NCBI GenBank assembly: GCA_944332075.1
Contig: CALVJL010000001.1
Span: 217,620-281,619 of the forward strand
Direction of reading: 5' to 3'
Length of the DNA stretch: 64,000 bases
From: an uncultured Bacilli bacterium
GTDB lineage: Bacteria; Bacillota_I; Bacilli_A; RFN20; CAG-449
Both the position numbers and the translations under genes were made by a program. Shown in pieces: positions 18,772 through 28,892 of this stretch (position 1 is the stretch's first letter; each line of letters starts with the position of its first letter). The notes beneath the pieces were generated by a model that made no database searches, was not told the DNA's origin, and saw nothing but the letters and a program-made list of their open reading frames with translations.

Positions 18772-20745
18772 ATGGCAGAAAGTACTAAACAAAGGAAAAG
18801 TGTCTTTGATAACCCATTGCTGTCTACAAAAATCAAATCAGCGAAAGTTAAAATTTTCCCTGAAGCTGGCATTGGATACTTCATCGGACCGACTTTAGCC
18901 CTTTTATCTAACTCGATTCTTTCAAATTTCTTGAATCGTTACATGACCGATGTTCTCGGTTTAGCTGGTGCTCAATATCAGTTGTATCTCATTCTCTTAC
19001 CATTAATTTCCGTTATCTTCGTTATCTTAGGTAACATCTTAGTCGGTAGATTAATGGATAAAATGAAAACTAGAGCTGGTAAAGCTCGTCCATTAATCTT
19101 AGTGGCAATTCCATTATCGATTATCGCTTTACTCTTCCTCTTCTTATTGACACCATTAAATTTTGATGCGGATGGTAAAGCCGCTCCAACAGTTGCAACA
19201 TTAGCAATGTTCGCAATTGGCTACAATTTATGGTTTGCTATCGCATATCCATTCTATTTTACAAATCACTCAGCATTAATTAACTTATCAACTCGTTCGA
19301 GTAAAGATAGATCATTGTTGGCAACTATCTCAAATGCGACAACCTTAGCTGCTATGGGTCTTACATCCATGGTTATCCCAACATTCTTTATGGGTATGCT
19401 GTTCGTTGAAGGTAGCAACGGCGTTGATGCTCAACCATCATGGAATGCTTGGAAAGTCTTCATCATCGGTGTCATGATTCTTTCAATTGTTGGTATGTTG
19501 CTTGAATACTATTTCACAAGAGAAAGAATTACCGAAGAATCATTTACATCAACAGTCGATAGTTCAACCCGTTCTTCTGAAGAACAAGGTAAAAAAGCTC
19601 TCGCAGTCAAAAAGCAAGCCAAAATTTGTTTCAAGGATAAATTCTGGTGGATTATGATGGCATTCTTCTTCCTTTACCAATTAGGTGGATGCTTAAAGAA
19701 TTTCTCATTAACTTACTACGCTCAATCATGGTTTGCTGATGCAAACGGAAATTATTCCTCAACTTTTGGTGGACAAATGCAAGGTATTTTGTCTATTATC
19801 GGTGCTATCCCAACAGCTTTAGGTATGTTAATCGTTTGGCCTTTAACTAATAAAATTGGTAAAGGAAAAGCCATCTTATTAGGTGCTGTTGTCGCTGTTA
19901 TCGGCGGGGCAATCGGATTTATCGCTCCTGATAATTTTGCTGTTGTCGCTGTTTCATTTGCAATTAAAGCATTGGGTTCTACCCCAGCTATGTACATTTC
20001 ATTAGCACTTCTCGCTGATATTCTTGACCACCAAGAAGCGATGAAAGGCGCTCGTACTGATAGTTTCTCTATGACTGTCTACGGAGCGATTATGGCCGGC
20101 ATGACCGGATTAGTCAATGGTATCATCAACATCGCTATTTCCTCAGCTGGTTATGATACAAGTACCTTAGCTACAAATGAAACTTTAAGAACAGTCTTAC
20201 TCTGGGTCTTTACCGGTGGTGAAACAATCTGCTATGGTCTTATCTTTATCTTATTCCTCTTTATGAAAGTTGAGAGATATTCAACTCTTGACCATATCGC
20301 AATTGAAGGCGATCAAAGAGCAGTTGCCGCTAAGAAAGGTATTGAATTTGTTCCAGCATCTGTCCGTCTTGAATTAGAAGAAAAGAAGGCTAATGAAGAT
20401 GTCTGGATTGCTGAAAAAGCAGAATTAAAAGCTACCTGCGCTAAAAAAGGTCTTAACTACGAAGAAGAGTTAAGAAAATTAACAGAAAAGCACGAAGCCG
20501 CTATCAAGGCTGCCGAAGAAAAGAAGAAAGCTGCTGAAGAGAAAAAATCTGAAAAAGAAAGATTACTCAAAGAAAAGCACGAAGCCAAACTCGCTAGTAT
20601 GTCATCTGCTGAAAGAGAAGCTTATGAAAAAACTCAAGCAGAAAAAGCTGAAAAGAAAGCTAAATATGATGCTGAAGTCAAAGTTGAATTTGAAAAGCTT
20701 CGTGAAGAAAATGCAGCTGATAGAGATGCTCTTCTCAGTTTATAA
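18772..20745 (+). CDS. GPH-family (MFS) sugar:cation symporter with a charged C-terminal tail
   Basis: GRLMDKMKTRAGKARPLIL, DILDHQE..GARTD motifs; about 12 TMs; SD GGAGG before ATG 18772. Confidence 0.9.
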   Translation: MAESTKQRKSVFDNPLLSTKIKSAKVKIFPEAGIGYFIGPTLALLSNSILSNFLNRYMTDVLGLAGAQYQLYLILLPLISVIFVILGNILVGRLMDKMKTRAGKARPLILVAIPLSIIALLFLFLLTPLNFDADGKAAPTVATLAMFAIGYNLWFAIAYPFYFTNHSALINLSTRSSKDRSLLATISNATTLAAMGLTSMVIPTFFMGMLFVEGSNGVDAQPSWNAWKVFIIGVMILSIVGMLLEYYFTRERITEESFTSTVDSSTRSSEEQGKKALAVKKQAKICFKDKFWWIMMAFFFLYQLGGCLKNFSLTYYAQSWFADANGNYSSTFGGQMQGILSIIGAIPTALGMLIVWPLTNKIGKGKAILLGAVVAVIGGAIGFIAPDNFAVVAVSFAIKALGSTPAMYISLALLADILDHQEAMKGARTDSFSMTVYGAIMAGMTGLVNGIINIAISSAGYDTSTLATNETLRTVLLWVFTGGETICYGLIFILFLFMKVERYSTLDHIAIEGDQRAVAAKKGIEFVPASVRLELEEKKANEDVWIAEKAELKATCAKKGLNYEEELRKLTEKHEAAIKAAEEKKKAAEEKKSEKERLLKEKHEAKLASMSSAEREAYEKTQAEKAEKKAKYDAEVKVEFEKLREENAADRDALLSL

Positions 20746-20753
20746 TTAAAAAT

Positions 20754-20788
20754 AAAAGCCAGTTCACACATTGAGAACTGGTTTTTTT
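20754..20788. terminator. Bidirectional terminator
   Basis: AAAAGCCAGTTC...GAACTGGTTTTTTT. Confidence 0.8.
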
Positions 20789-22073
20789 ATGCAATCTTTT
20801 TTCTTAATCCTTTCGGATAATGATTTTTAATTACACCTTTACTAACTTTTCCAATAGCAAACGGAATATGGTGATAAGTTAATAATTTGTAACCATCAGA
20901 AACATCTTCATTAACCGTTAAGCCATAGATATAATCTAATGTTTGCTTTTCATTTAATTCTACTCTTTCAAGCAAATCAAAATCGTATCTACCAAAGTTA
21001 TGATCATAAATCATTCCTCGCTTTGAGTCATATCTACCAATTTTAACTCCATAGCGAAGAACGTGTAGTCTTTTAACATCGACCAAATGGCTCAGAAAAT
21101 AATAATTATCCTCTTGTTTGATTACTTGATAGTGAATATTTCCTTCATACGGTAATTTGCCATTTCCTTTAAGGTATGGATATTCTTTAATCAATGTTCC
21201 CGGTTTTCTAATTTTTGCGATAAAGTGTCCTTCCCCGTGATATCGATGCGGAAGTAGATGGATAGCTTCCTTTAAGTCGCTGCGGTATTCACCTTCAATA
21301 TGCGGAAGAGAAATTAATTCTGCATCACTATTAGCTAAGAGATAAGAAATCACCTCTTCATCCTCTTCATAAGAATATGAACAGGTAGAATAAACCATCT
21401 CTCCACCTTCTTTTAACATTGAATAAGCGCGAAGAATTAACTCTTTTTGCAGAGATGAAAGCCTTTTTACCTTTTCTAAAGACCAATCATCAAGCATTTT
21501 GTTTTCTTTTCTAAACATTCCTGATCCTGAGCATGGAGCGTCGAGAATTATTTTAGAAAACGTATCATCAAACCTTTTTTCTAAAGTCTCACTATCTTCG
21601 TTGATAATAAGCATATTAACTCTTCCATATTTTTCGCTATTGGAAGATAAAGTTAAACATCTTTCCCGGCTAATTTCATTAGAAATTATCAAACCTTTAT
21701 TATGCATTAAAAATGAGGCTTCAATACTCTTTCCCCCTGGAGCCGCGGCTAAATCTAAGACTAAATCATCTTCAGCAGGATTCAAAAAATAACTAACCAG
21801 CGGCGAGCATGGCTCAAAAAGATAAAAGGCCCCAGTTTCAAAAAGCAAGCTCTTACCGAGTTGATGCTGCCTTTTATCATAAAGCAAAACATTATCAATA
21901 AATGGATGATCTTCTAAAAAAGGATAGATTTCTTTTAATTTTTCCTTTGTAATTTTTTCTTCATCAAAAGCTAGAGCTTCATAAACTTGTTCTTGCTTTA
22001 GGCTTTCACTTAATTTATGACGTTCTTCAGCAGGTAAATAATTTAAAGTTTCTATAAACGAATCAATGTCCAT
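20787..22073 (-). CDS. rsmF: RsmF/NOL1-NOP2-Sun rRNA m5C methyltransferase
   Basis: VLDLAAAPGGKS, ILDAPCSGSGMFRK, YSTCS, GEGHFIAK and a C-terminal PUA-like region. Confidence 0.88.
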   Translation of the reverse strand: MDIDSFIETLNYLPAEERHKLSESLKQEQVYEALAFDEEKITKEKLKEIYPFLEDHPFIDNVLLYDKRQHQLGKSLLFETGAFYLFEPCSPLVSYFLNPAEDDLVLDLAAAPGGKSIEASFLMHNKGLIISNEISRERCLTLSSNSEKYGRVNMLIINEDSETLEKRFDDTFSKIILDAPCSGSGMFRKENKMLDDWSLEKVKRLSSLQKELILRAYSMLKEGGEMVYSTCSYSYEEDEEVISYLLANSDAELISLPHIEGEYRSDLKEAIHLLPHRYHGEGHFIAKIRKPGTLIKEYPYLKGNGKLPYEGNIHYQVIKQEDNYYFLSHLVDVKRLHVLRYGVKIGRYDSKRGMIYDHNFGRYDFDLLERVELNEKQTLDYIYGLTVNEDVSDGYKLLTYHHIPFAIGKVSKGVIKNHYPKGLRKKIA

Positions 22074-22154
22074 ATATTTATATTATATTATCTTATTTTT
22101 CTTTAGAAAACAAACTAGGTTTATAAATTATTAAATATATGTTAAAATTAAAGT

Positions 22155-22778
22155 ATGAATCCTATACTTAAAAATCTAGAAGATCTTTTTTCCGAAGATA
22201 AACAAATCGTTTATCAAGCGTTAAATAACAAAAGAGATGATATTCTTCACTCTTTTTATTTGTTACTTAATAATGATGAAGAAACGTTAAATCTATTAAA
22301 AGACGGATATCTTCCATTTACAAAGTTATTTATTAATCCATCTTTAGTTAATAAAGAAATCTATAATCAGGTTTTTGATGCCTTTAATAATAATTTTCGG
22401 GTTTGTTATTTTTATAAAAATCTTGATGTATCATACGTAGCTAGTGATCAAATTATTGTTAAGGTCAATTTTAAAGATTTAGATAAAGCTTCATATTTGG
22501 TTACTTTTCCAAATTTTTATCAAACATTGCCTGCTAAAGAAATAACTTTAAATAACAATCTAACAACCATTGATTTAATTAAACTCGCTTTAGATGATAA
22601 TCTCGGCGATTATGTATTAATCATGGATGCCTCTTTAACTAAAAATAATCGTTTTTACCTCCCATTTTGCGAAGAAGTATACTTCCCAGCAGATTTTGAT
22701 GAGAAGGTAATGGAAGCATTCACTTCATCAGTCAAAGGGAGGAAAATAAATGCCAAACGAATTCACTCTGATAAATAA
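22155..22778 (+). CDS. Hypothetical protein
   Basis: 207-aa ORF overlapping the next start; extended -10 TGtTAAAAT just upstream. Confidence 0.7.
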   Translation: MNPILKNLEDLFSEDKQIVYQALNNKRDDILHSFYLLLNNDEETLNLLKDGYLPFTKLFINPSLVNKEIYNQVFDAFNNNFRVCYFYKNLDVSYVASDQIIVKVNFKDLDKASYLVTFPNFYQTLPAKEITLNNNLTTIDLIKLALDDNLGDYVLIMDASLTKNNRFYLPFCEEVYFPADFDEKVMEAFTSSVKGRKINAKRIHSDK

Positions 22779-23898
22779 AGTCCAATTCCACGCTCTATAT
22801 AAAACATTAAATATTGCCAGCGAAGAATTAGAAGATTATTTCTTTGAAATTTTTCATAATGTTAATCAAGAATTATTAAAGCTTTTTCATAATTCTTTAA
22901 GATTAATTATTGAGCAGCAATCAATTCTTGAATATCTCCGCGATGAGTATCTTTTTCTTAATCCGAGTAAAGATCCTATTGAAGCTAAAAAACTTTTAAG
23001 CAATGCTGATTTCCGTAAGCAATTAACAAAAATTTTAACTGATAAAATCGTTTTTTGCGAAATGACCCCGTATCATCCAGTTTCTTTAATTAGCGAATCT
23101 TCCCCGGTCATTTCAACAATTGAATTATATGTAAATTTTATTCTTAACCGCATTGATGCGATTAAAAAAGTTAATAATGAAGATAACATTTTAATCAATA
23201 TGTTTAGTAAGGTCTTTTTAATGTTTAAATCATTAAATTACCTTTTATCTAATGGGTTTGAAACCGAAGCCTTTGCCAACTGGCGAACTATTCATGAATT
23301 AGAATGCATTATTGCGATTATGGCTAATAATCCTTATCTAATCCCGGTTTATCTCCAACATATCGTCTATAACAATGCTTTCAGAAATACCTTTGAAGAC
23401 AAAGATGAACAGCAAAGAGTTATCGATGATTTAAAAATGCATATGAAAGAACATGACTTAAAGAGTAAAGATATGAAAAAATATATCGAATACGGCTGGT
23501 TATATTCTTTAAAAGATATTGATTCCTATCCGGATTTTAAGCTAAATTTCCGGAACGGATTAGAATTAATCGCTAACCTCAACCGCTATTCTAAAGATTA
23601 TGAAATGTCAAGCGAGGTCGCTCATTCTTCACCTCTATTAATTTTTTCTAACAAAAAATTCTTTAAGGAATTAACTTTAGTAAGAAGCTATGAAACCTTT
23701 ATCCGTTTAGAAAGCCTCTTCACTAAACTTTTAATTACTAATTACTCAACATTAGATAATAACGGCTATCTAAGCATGCGTAAGCTCTATTTAGAGATTG
23801 TAAAAAGCATCTTACAAAGAGAAAGCGATATTCTTAATAAATTAATCGCAGCTTCAAGTAAAAACACTTCTAAGCCATATAAAAAAGACGTTAAATAA
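22750..23898 (+). CDS. DUF5677-like helical protein
   Basis: EAFANWRTIHELE, EYGWL, YEMSSEVAHSS pattern. Confidence 0.6.
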   Translation: MPNEFTLINKVQFHALYKTLNIASEELEDYFFEIFHNVNQELLKLFHNSLRLIIEQQSILEYLRDEYLFLNPSKDPIEAKKLLSNADFRKQLTKILTDKIVFCEMTPYHPVSLISESSPVISTIELYVNFILNRIDAIKKVNNEDNILINMFSKVFLMFKSLNYLLSNGFETEAFANWRTIHELECIIAIMANNPYLIPVYLQHIVYNNAFRNTFEDKDEQQRVIDDLKMHMKEHDLKSKDMKKYIEYGWLYSLKDIDSYPDFKLNFRNGLELIANLNRYSKDYEMSSEVAHSSPLLIFSNKKFFKELTLVRSYETFIRLESLFTKLLITNYSTLDNNGYLSMRKLYLEIVKSILQRESDILNKLIAASSKNTSKPYKKDVK

Positions 23899-23910
23899 TT
23901 ATTTAACGTC
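23887..23910. repeat. Perfect 24-bp palindrome formed by two abutting stop-codon ends
   Basis: GACGTTAAATAATTATTTAACGTC. Confidence 0.95.
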
Positions 23911-25554
23911 CTGATAGCAAGAATGTCCGATAAACTCTTGTAAGATAGAATTACATGGTACCCAGCGGTCATCCATCACCACGAAATATTTTAAGTATTT
24001 AATTAAGCGATTCGCCTGAATATAGTAAGGCGAATCTTTATTTACTTGCCGTAAAATCGCTAAGGCATCATCTTTTAAGACGCAGTGTTCATAAAAGAGT
24101 AATGAGTTAAAAACAAAATCAGCATCTTCTTGAGTATCATAAATCCATTTAAATTCGCCCCGGCGGACACTTGGCCACATGCTTAAGGTTTCTTCAGGTG
24201 AAGAATTCCGGAACTTATAATCTCTAACTAATCTTCTAATTAAACGCAAATTAGTTAAGCTAACCGGGTTATGGTTATCAAGATTAATCTGTTCCTGCGG
24301 GCAAATATAGATTTTATACTTTTGATGTTTTGGAATTTTATAAGTCAATTTTTCATTTAACGCGTGAATTCCTTCAATGATAATTAACTGATCAGATGAT
24401 AATTTATAAGTTGGTCCATCTTCTCTTTTATTAGTCTTAAAGTTATAATGCGGAATTGTGACGGTTTCCCCGCGAATTAACGCGGCCATATTCTCATTAA
24501 ACAACGGAACATCTAAAGCGTTAAGAGCTTCTAAATCAGGATTACCGAATTCATCGAGAGGTACTTGCTCTTTAGTTAAATAATAATCATCTAATGATAT
24601 ACGGATTGGGCGAATTCCATATGAGAGAAGTTCGCTTTTTAAGCGATTAGCAAAGGTGGTTTTGCCTGAAGATGATGGTCCGGCAATACAGATTAACCTT
24701 AACTCATTAATTCTTCTTTTAATTTCTCTTCCTAAATCGGAAAGCATGTTGTTATGATGAGCTTCGCAGAGATTGATAAAATCCACTTCTCCGCTTTCTT
24801 CGACATGGTGATTAACCTTAGTAACCGTATCAGTTGAAACCATCTTGGCCCATTCATAGGAATCATCAAGGGTCTTAGAATAACGCGGAGATGGATTATA
24901 TTGAGGAATTTCTCCGTTGGTTTCATAACGCGGATAAAATACTAAGAATCCATGTTCATCGTGATAAAGTATTTTCCACTTATTGATATAGCCGATGCTA
25001 GGAGCCATATATCCATACATATAATTATAATAGCCATTGCATTCATAGAAGTGGACGGTCTTCTCCGGGCGATATTTTAAAAGTTCAATTTTATCTTCCA
25101 TATTAAACTTTTGATAGATTTCTTTTGCTTCTTCATTCGGTACAATTTTTTTATTTAATGGATAATCATTTTTAACAATTTCCCGCATCTTATTATTTAA
25201 AGCGACGATGAATTTATCATCGACAATAATATTCTCATTTAAGATTATTCCGAAAAGTGAACGCGATTCATAATAAGATATCTTTAAATCAATATCTTTA
25301 TTTAATTCATATAAAGCCATCGCTAGGAGGTAGCGAAGCGTCGCTTCGTAAACATACATTCCCTCTTCATCGCTAATATCGATGAATTCAATATCAGCAT
25401 CATAAAAGACTGTATAATTTAATTCATGCAAATGATTATTAACTTTCGCGCAGAAATACTTTTTCTTATCATGATCTGGTAAGAGATCAATTAATTTTAC
25501 TTCGTGATTAAATACTTTTGTTTGATTAAAATATTTTAAGGTGAATTCCTCCAT
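23899..25554 (-). CDS. Nucleoside (uridine) kinase with ThrRS-like N-terminal domain
   Basis: AKVNNHLHEL TGS-like start; P-loop AGPSSSGKTT, ISLDDYY, IIEGIHALN, RLIRRLVRD. Confidence 0.88.
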   Translation of the reverse strand: MEEFTLKYFNQTKVFNHEVKLIDLLPDHDKKKYFCAKVNNHLHELNYTVFYDADIEFIDISDEEGMYVYEATLRYLLAMALYELNKDIDLKISYYESRSLFGIILNENIIVDDKFIVALNNKMREIVKNDYPLNKKIVPNEEAKEIYQKFNMEDKIELLKYRPEKTVHFYECNGYYNYMYGYMAPSIGYINKWKILYHDEHGFLVFYPRYETNGEIPQYNPSPRYSKTLDDSYEWAKMVSTDTVTKVNHHVEESGEVDFINLCEAHHNNMLSDLGREIKRRINELRLICIAGPSSSGKTTFANRLKSELLSYGIRPIRISLDDYYLTKEQVPLDEFGNPDLEALNALDVPLFNENMAALIRGETVTIPHYNFKTNKREDGPTYKLSSDQLIIIEGIHALNEKLTYKIPKHQKYKIYICPQEQINLDNHNPVSLTNLRLIRRLVRDYKFRNSSPEETLSMWPSVRRGEFKWIYDTQEDADFVFNSLLFYEHCVLKDDALAILRQVNKDSPYYIQANRLIKYLKYFVVMDDRWVPCNSILQEFIGHSCYQDVK

Positions 25555-25741
25555 ATTATCTTCCTTTCTTAAGCAGCATTACTATATTACTAAAGAAGAA
25601 GCGTTATTGCAAGAGCGAATGTAAGCCCTTTCCAGTTAACGATAATCTTTTATTAATAAATACATATGTAAAGTAATATTTTTATAAAAAAAGTACTTTA
25701 AATAAGTTAAAAAAATAAACGCTTATTTTCAAAAAAAACAC

Positions 25742-25771
25742 TTGCATTATATCCTGTATTAGTGTTATTAT
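25742..25771 (+). promoter_or_regulatory. tRNA operon promoter
   Basis: TTGCAT and extended TGtTATTAT upstream of tRNA-fMet. Confidence 0.6.
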
Positions 25772-25788
25772 TCTTAAGCAAGCCACAT

Positions 25789-25864
25789 CGCAGGGTAGAG
25801 CAGTTGGCAGCTCATCGGGCCCATAACCCGAAGGTCGGAGGTTCAAGTCCTTCCCCTGCAACCA
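25789..25864 (+). tRNA. Initiator tRNA-fMet(CAT)
   Basis: C1:A72 mismatch, GGG-CCC anticodon stem, anticodon CAT, encoded CCA. Confidence 0.96.
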
Positions 25865-25868
25865 ATAT

Positions 25869-25944
25869 GGATCAGTGGTGTAGCGGTTAACATGTCTCCC
25901 TGTCACGGAGAAGATCGCGGGTTCGATTCCCGTCTGATCCGCCA
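25869..25944 (+). tRNA. tRNA-Asp(GTC)
   Basis: GGATCAG...CCCTGTCACGG...GGTTCGATTCC...CTGATCCGCCA. Confidence 0.96.
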
Positions 25945-25947
25945 TTT

Positions 25948-26023
25948 GGCCCGATAGCTCAGTAGGTAGAGCAAGGGACTGAAAATCCCTGTGTCGCTGG
26001 TTCGATTCCTGCTTGGGCCACCA
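25948..26023 (+). tRNA. tRNA-Phe(GAA)
   Basis: GGCCCGA...GACTGAAAATCC...GGTTCGATTCC...TGGGCCACCA. Confidence 0.96.
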
Positions 26024-26034
26024 TTTGGTAAATT

Positions 26035-26067
26035 AAAACCTAGTACTGAAAAGTATTAGGTTTTTTT
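26035..26067 (+). terminator. tRNA operon terminator
   Basis: AAAACCTAGTAC-loop-GTATTAGGTTTTTTT. Confidence 0.8.
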
Positions 26068-26082
26068 AATGCTTAGAAATAA

Positions 26083-26108
26083 AAACGCCTAACAATTGTT
26101 AGACGTTT
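26083..26108 (-). terminator. Terminator of the gmk...thiN operon
   Basis: AAACGCCTAAC-aatt-GTTAGACGTTT, directly after the 26113 stop. Confidence 0.7.
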
Positions 26109-26112
26109 AATT

Positions 26113-26775
26113 TTAAAATAACGCTAAGAGAATGACTAGAAGTAAATCCGCGCCGAGGAAGACCCATTCCATAAACGGCAAGATTGATAACTTCTTTCGA
26201 TGATAAGTAATAATTCCGTTTTCTTCCTTTTTCTCAAGATACATCCATTTTTTTAATGGAGATATAATTAACGTTAATAAGAGTATCCCGGCGATAACAA
26301 ATAAGACAATGGCTAAAATATCATTATATGTATGTCGAAAATCAATATAGACAAATAATCCACAATAGACGTAGAGAATCACTGTTAAAGAAAAGATGAT
26401 GCTGGTAATAAACAAATGCTGCTTATATTTAGTTAAATCAAGCATAAATAAGCATAACGTAGCAATCGCGGTAACGACAAAAATGCTGCCGATGATATAG
26501 TCGTGAATGCTTTTTGATCCTTCAATTGAAAGAAAGAAAAATTCATTAAGCCCAAAGACTAAGAAAGAGGATGAGTAAAGAGAAACTAAAATTCTAAATA
26601 TTGAATTATGTTTCATCTTTTCGTTATCTTGCATTTCATAAGGAAATTCATTCAAGAAATTAAAGTTTTCCTTATCAAGAGGATTAACGAACTGGCTTTG
26701 ATAATTATAAAGTCCAAAGACAACAACCGTAATAGCCAAAACAACGGTTATTAACATCAAGATTAAACTAATCAT
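26113..26775 (-). CDS. Hypothetical multi-pass membrane protein
   Basis: 220 aa, about six TMs; overlaps the thiN stop. Confidence 0.75.
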   Translation of the reverse strand: MISLILMLITVVLAITVVVFGLYNYQSQFVNPLDKENFNFLNEFPYEMQDNEKMKHNSIFRILVSLYSSSFLVFGLNEFFFLSIEGSKSIHDYIIGSIFVVTAIATLCLFMLDLTKYKQHLFITSIIFSLTVILYVYCGLFVYIDFRHTYNDILAIVLFVIAGILLLTLIISPLKKWMYLEKKEENGIITYHRKKLSILPFMEWVFLGADLLLVILLALF

Positions 26776-27394
26776 CGCTATTATCCCTCGACTGAACCAT
26801 CAATACTCCGCCTTTATGAACGTCGATAGAAACAACTCTTTCAAGCAGTTCATTAGAGATTGCCTTCGTTTCAAAGAAAGACAATTTCATCTTTTTCATC
26901 GGATAAGCGGAATTATCTAGGCTAACTACAGCTTCTGGAAAGCCAAAGAATCCCACATAAGTAAATTCTTGTTTTTGAATTAAATGATTGCCTTTACCTA
27001 AATATGTCACAAAATTATTTTCATCTTCAATATAGACTTTACACTTCGGATAACGATTTGTTAATAAAAGTAAAGCATGAGTATGATCATAACGGCCCGA
27101 TAAAGATCCTAAGATAATAATTTCATCAAAGCCGAGTTTTTGCATATACTCAACCGCGGCTTCCGTATCTGATAAATCTTTATGAGTATTTAATCTAACG
27201 ATTTGATTAGGTTTAAGATATGTCATCGCTGATTCATAATTTAAAGTATCAAAGTCCCCGATTCCCAAAGCGATAGGAAGCGAGCATTTCGCGATTAATT
27301 CAATACCCTTTTCAATCCCGATTAACGGCAGAGAAGCGTATTTCATAATCGTTTTCTTGCTAGCGAGAGAAGTAACCAACACAACCTTTTTCAT
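26768..27394 (-). CDS. thiN: Thiamine pyrophosphokinase
   Basis: GDFDT, KDLSDTEAA, GGRYDH-like GRYDH motif; position after rpe. Confidence 0.9.
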   Translation of the reverse strand: MKKVVLVTSLASKKTIMKYASLPLIGIEKGIELIAKCSLPIALGIGDFDTLNYESAMTYLKPNQIVRLNTHKDLSDTEAAVEYMQKLGFDEIIILGSLSGRYDHTHALLLLTNRYPKCKVYIEDENNFVTYLGKGNHLIQKQEFTYVGFFGFPEAVVSLDNSAYPMKKMKLSFFETKAISNELLERVVSIDVHKGGVLMVQSRDNSDD

Positions 27395-28038
27395 CTTAGT
27401 TTCCCCGCATTCTCTTTCATATCACCTTTAAATAGATAAGATCCAGAAACGACGATATCTACTCCGTGAGCAAAGCATAATTCTCCGGTTTTATCGTTGA
27501 TTCCCCCATCGGCTTCGATTAAATAATGATAGTTATTTTCTTTCTTTTTCTTATCAAAATAAGCAATCTTATCAAGCGATGATTCCATAAACTTTTGTCC
27601 GCCGAAACCCGGTTCTACCGACATTACTAAAAGGTAATCAAGAAGCGGTAAGAATTTATCTAAGGTCTCAGCCTTCGTCGCTGGCTTTAAAGATAATCCA
27701 ACCTTATGATGTTTTTTTATTTCTAATAAACATTTCATTAAATCTTCTTCAGAAGCAAAAGATTCATAATGAACGATGATAACATCGAGGGGATTGTCTC
27801 CGTATTTATTAATATAATCAAAAGGATTTTCGACCATTAAATGGACTTCAAAAGGTAATGGAGAATACTCTCTAATACGCGAAAAAGTATCATCGTTAAA
27901 AGAAGTATTCGGCACAAAAACATTATCCATCACATCGAAATGGACAAAATCGATTTGGCTATCATTAACGCGTTTTAATTCTTCTTTTAATGCTGTCTTA
28001 TCCGCGGCTAATAACGAAGCAGAAATATATTTTCTCAT
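27391..28038 (-). CDS. rpe: Ribulose-phosphate 3-epimerase
   Basis: HFDVMDNVFVPN, EVHLMV, VMSVEPGFGGQKF, IEADGGIN. Confidence 0.96.
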   Translation of the reverse strand: MRKYISASLLAADKTALKEELKRVNDSQIDFVHFDVMDNVFVPNTSFNDDTFSRIREYSPLPFEVHLMVENPFDYINKYGDNPLDVIIVHYESFASEEDLMKCLLEIKKHHKVGLSLKPATKAETLDKFLPLLDYLLVMSVEPGFGGQKFMESSLDKIAYFDKKKKENNYHYLIEADGGINDKTGELCFAHGVDIVVSGSYLFKGDMKENAGKLR

Positions 28039-28892
28039 GAGAAGCGCTCCTTTCTGTAAATCAGTTCATCATAGATTGCTAAGTAATTTTCGTAATGAAC
28101 TTTTTTTATTATACCACTTTCAAGAGCTTCTTTCACCTTGCAGCCTTTTTCATTAATATGCACGCAGTCTTGGAAGAAACAAGGCTCTTTAACTATTGAA
28201 AAAAACGGGAAATAATCTTTTAATTCTTCTTTATAAATATTTAATTCTAGTGAAGAGAAACCTGGAGTATCAGCGATAAATCCCTCATTATACGGAAGTA
28301 ATTTCACCTCTTTAGTTTGATGTTTACCTCTTTTCAAAGCTAAAGAGAATTCGCCTTCTTTTCTATTAAATTCCGGGAATAGCTGATTAATCAAGGTTGA
28401 TTTACCCGCGCCGGTCTGACCGCATAAAGCCACAACTTTATGACGGATTTTATCTTTGATTAAAGCAATTTTTTCTGTATCGCCGCGATGGAAAGAAATC
28501 ACATCAATGTTTAAAGACTTATAATCTTCAACGATACTTTTTACCTTTTCTTCATCATATAAATCTTCTTTAGTTAAGATGATACAAGGTTTTAAATGGT
28601 AAATATTAACTAAGGTTAAGAATTTGTCTAAGAGATAGCTAGAAAAATCAGGTTCGCTAAGAGACTGGATAATCATTACTAAATCAATGTTAGCAATTCT
28701 TGGGCGATATAAAAAATTTTCTCTCTCTTCGACTTTTGAGATAACATCATTTTCTATTTCTACTTTATCCCCGACAACTAAATTAACTTTTAAATGACGG
28801 AGTTTGCCGCGCGGAGAATAAGTAATCGTCTGTCCGTTTTCTAAATAGACTTCATACTTTCCCGCGATCATCGATAATATTATTCCCTTCAT
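28035..28892 (-). CDS. rsgA: Ribosome small subunit-dependent GTPase
   Basis: RPRIANID, GQTGAGKSTLIN, RGKHQT, DTPGFSS, C-F-DC-H-E-C zinc motif. Confidence 0.95.
   Translation of the reverse strand: MKGIILSMIAGKYEVYLENGQTITYSPRGKLRHLKVNLVVGDKVEIENDVISKVEERENFLYRPRIANIDLVMIIQSLSEPDFSSYLLDKFLTLVNIYHLKPCIILTKEDLYDEEKVKSIVEDYKSLNIDVISFHRGDTEKIALIKDKIRHKVVALCGQTGAGKSTLINQLFPEFNRKEGEFSLALKRGKHQTKEVKLLPYNEGFIADTPGFSSLELNIYKEELKDYFPFFSIVKEPCFFQDCVHINEKGCKVKEALESGIIKKVHYENYLAIYDELIYRKERFS

Noticed and set aside
25682-25945. 87-aa ORF MADQTGIEPAIFSVTGRH...
   Set aside because: It is the antisense translation of tRNA-Asp and tRNA-fMet.
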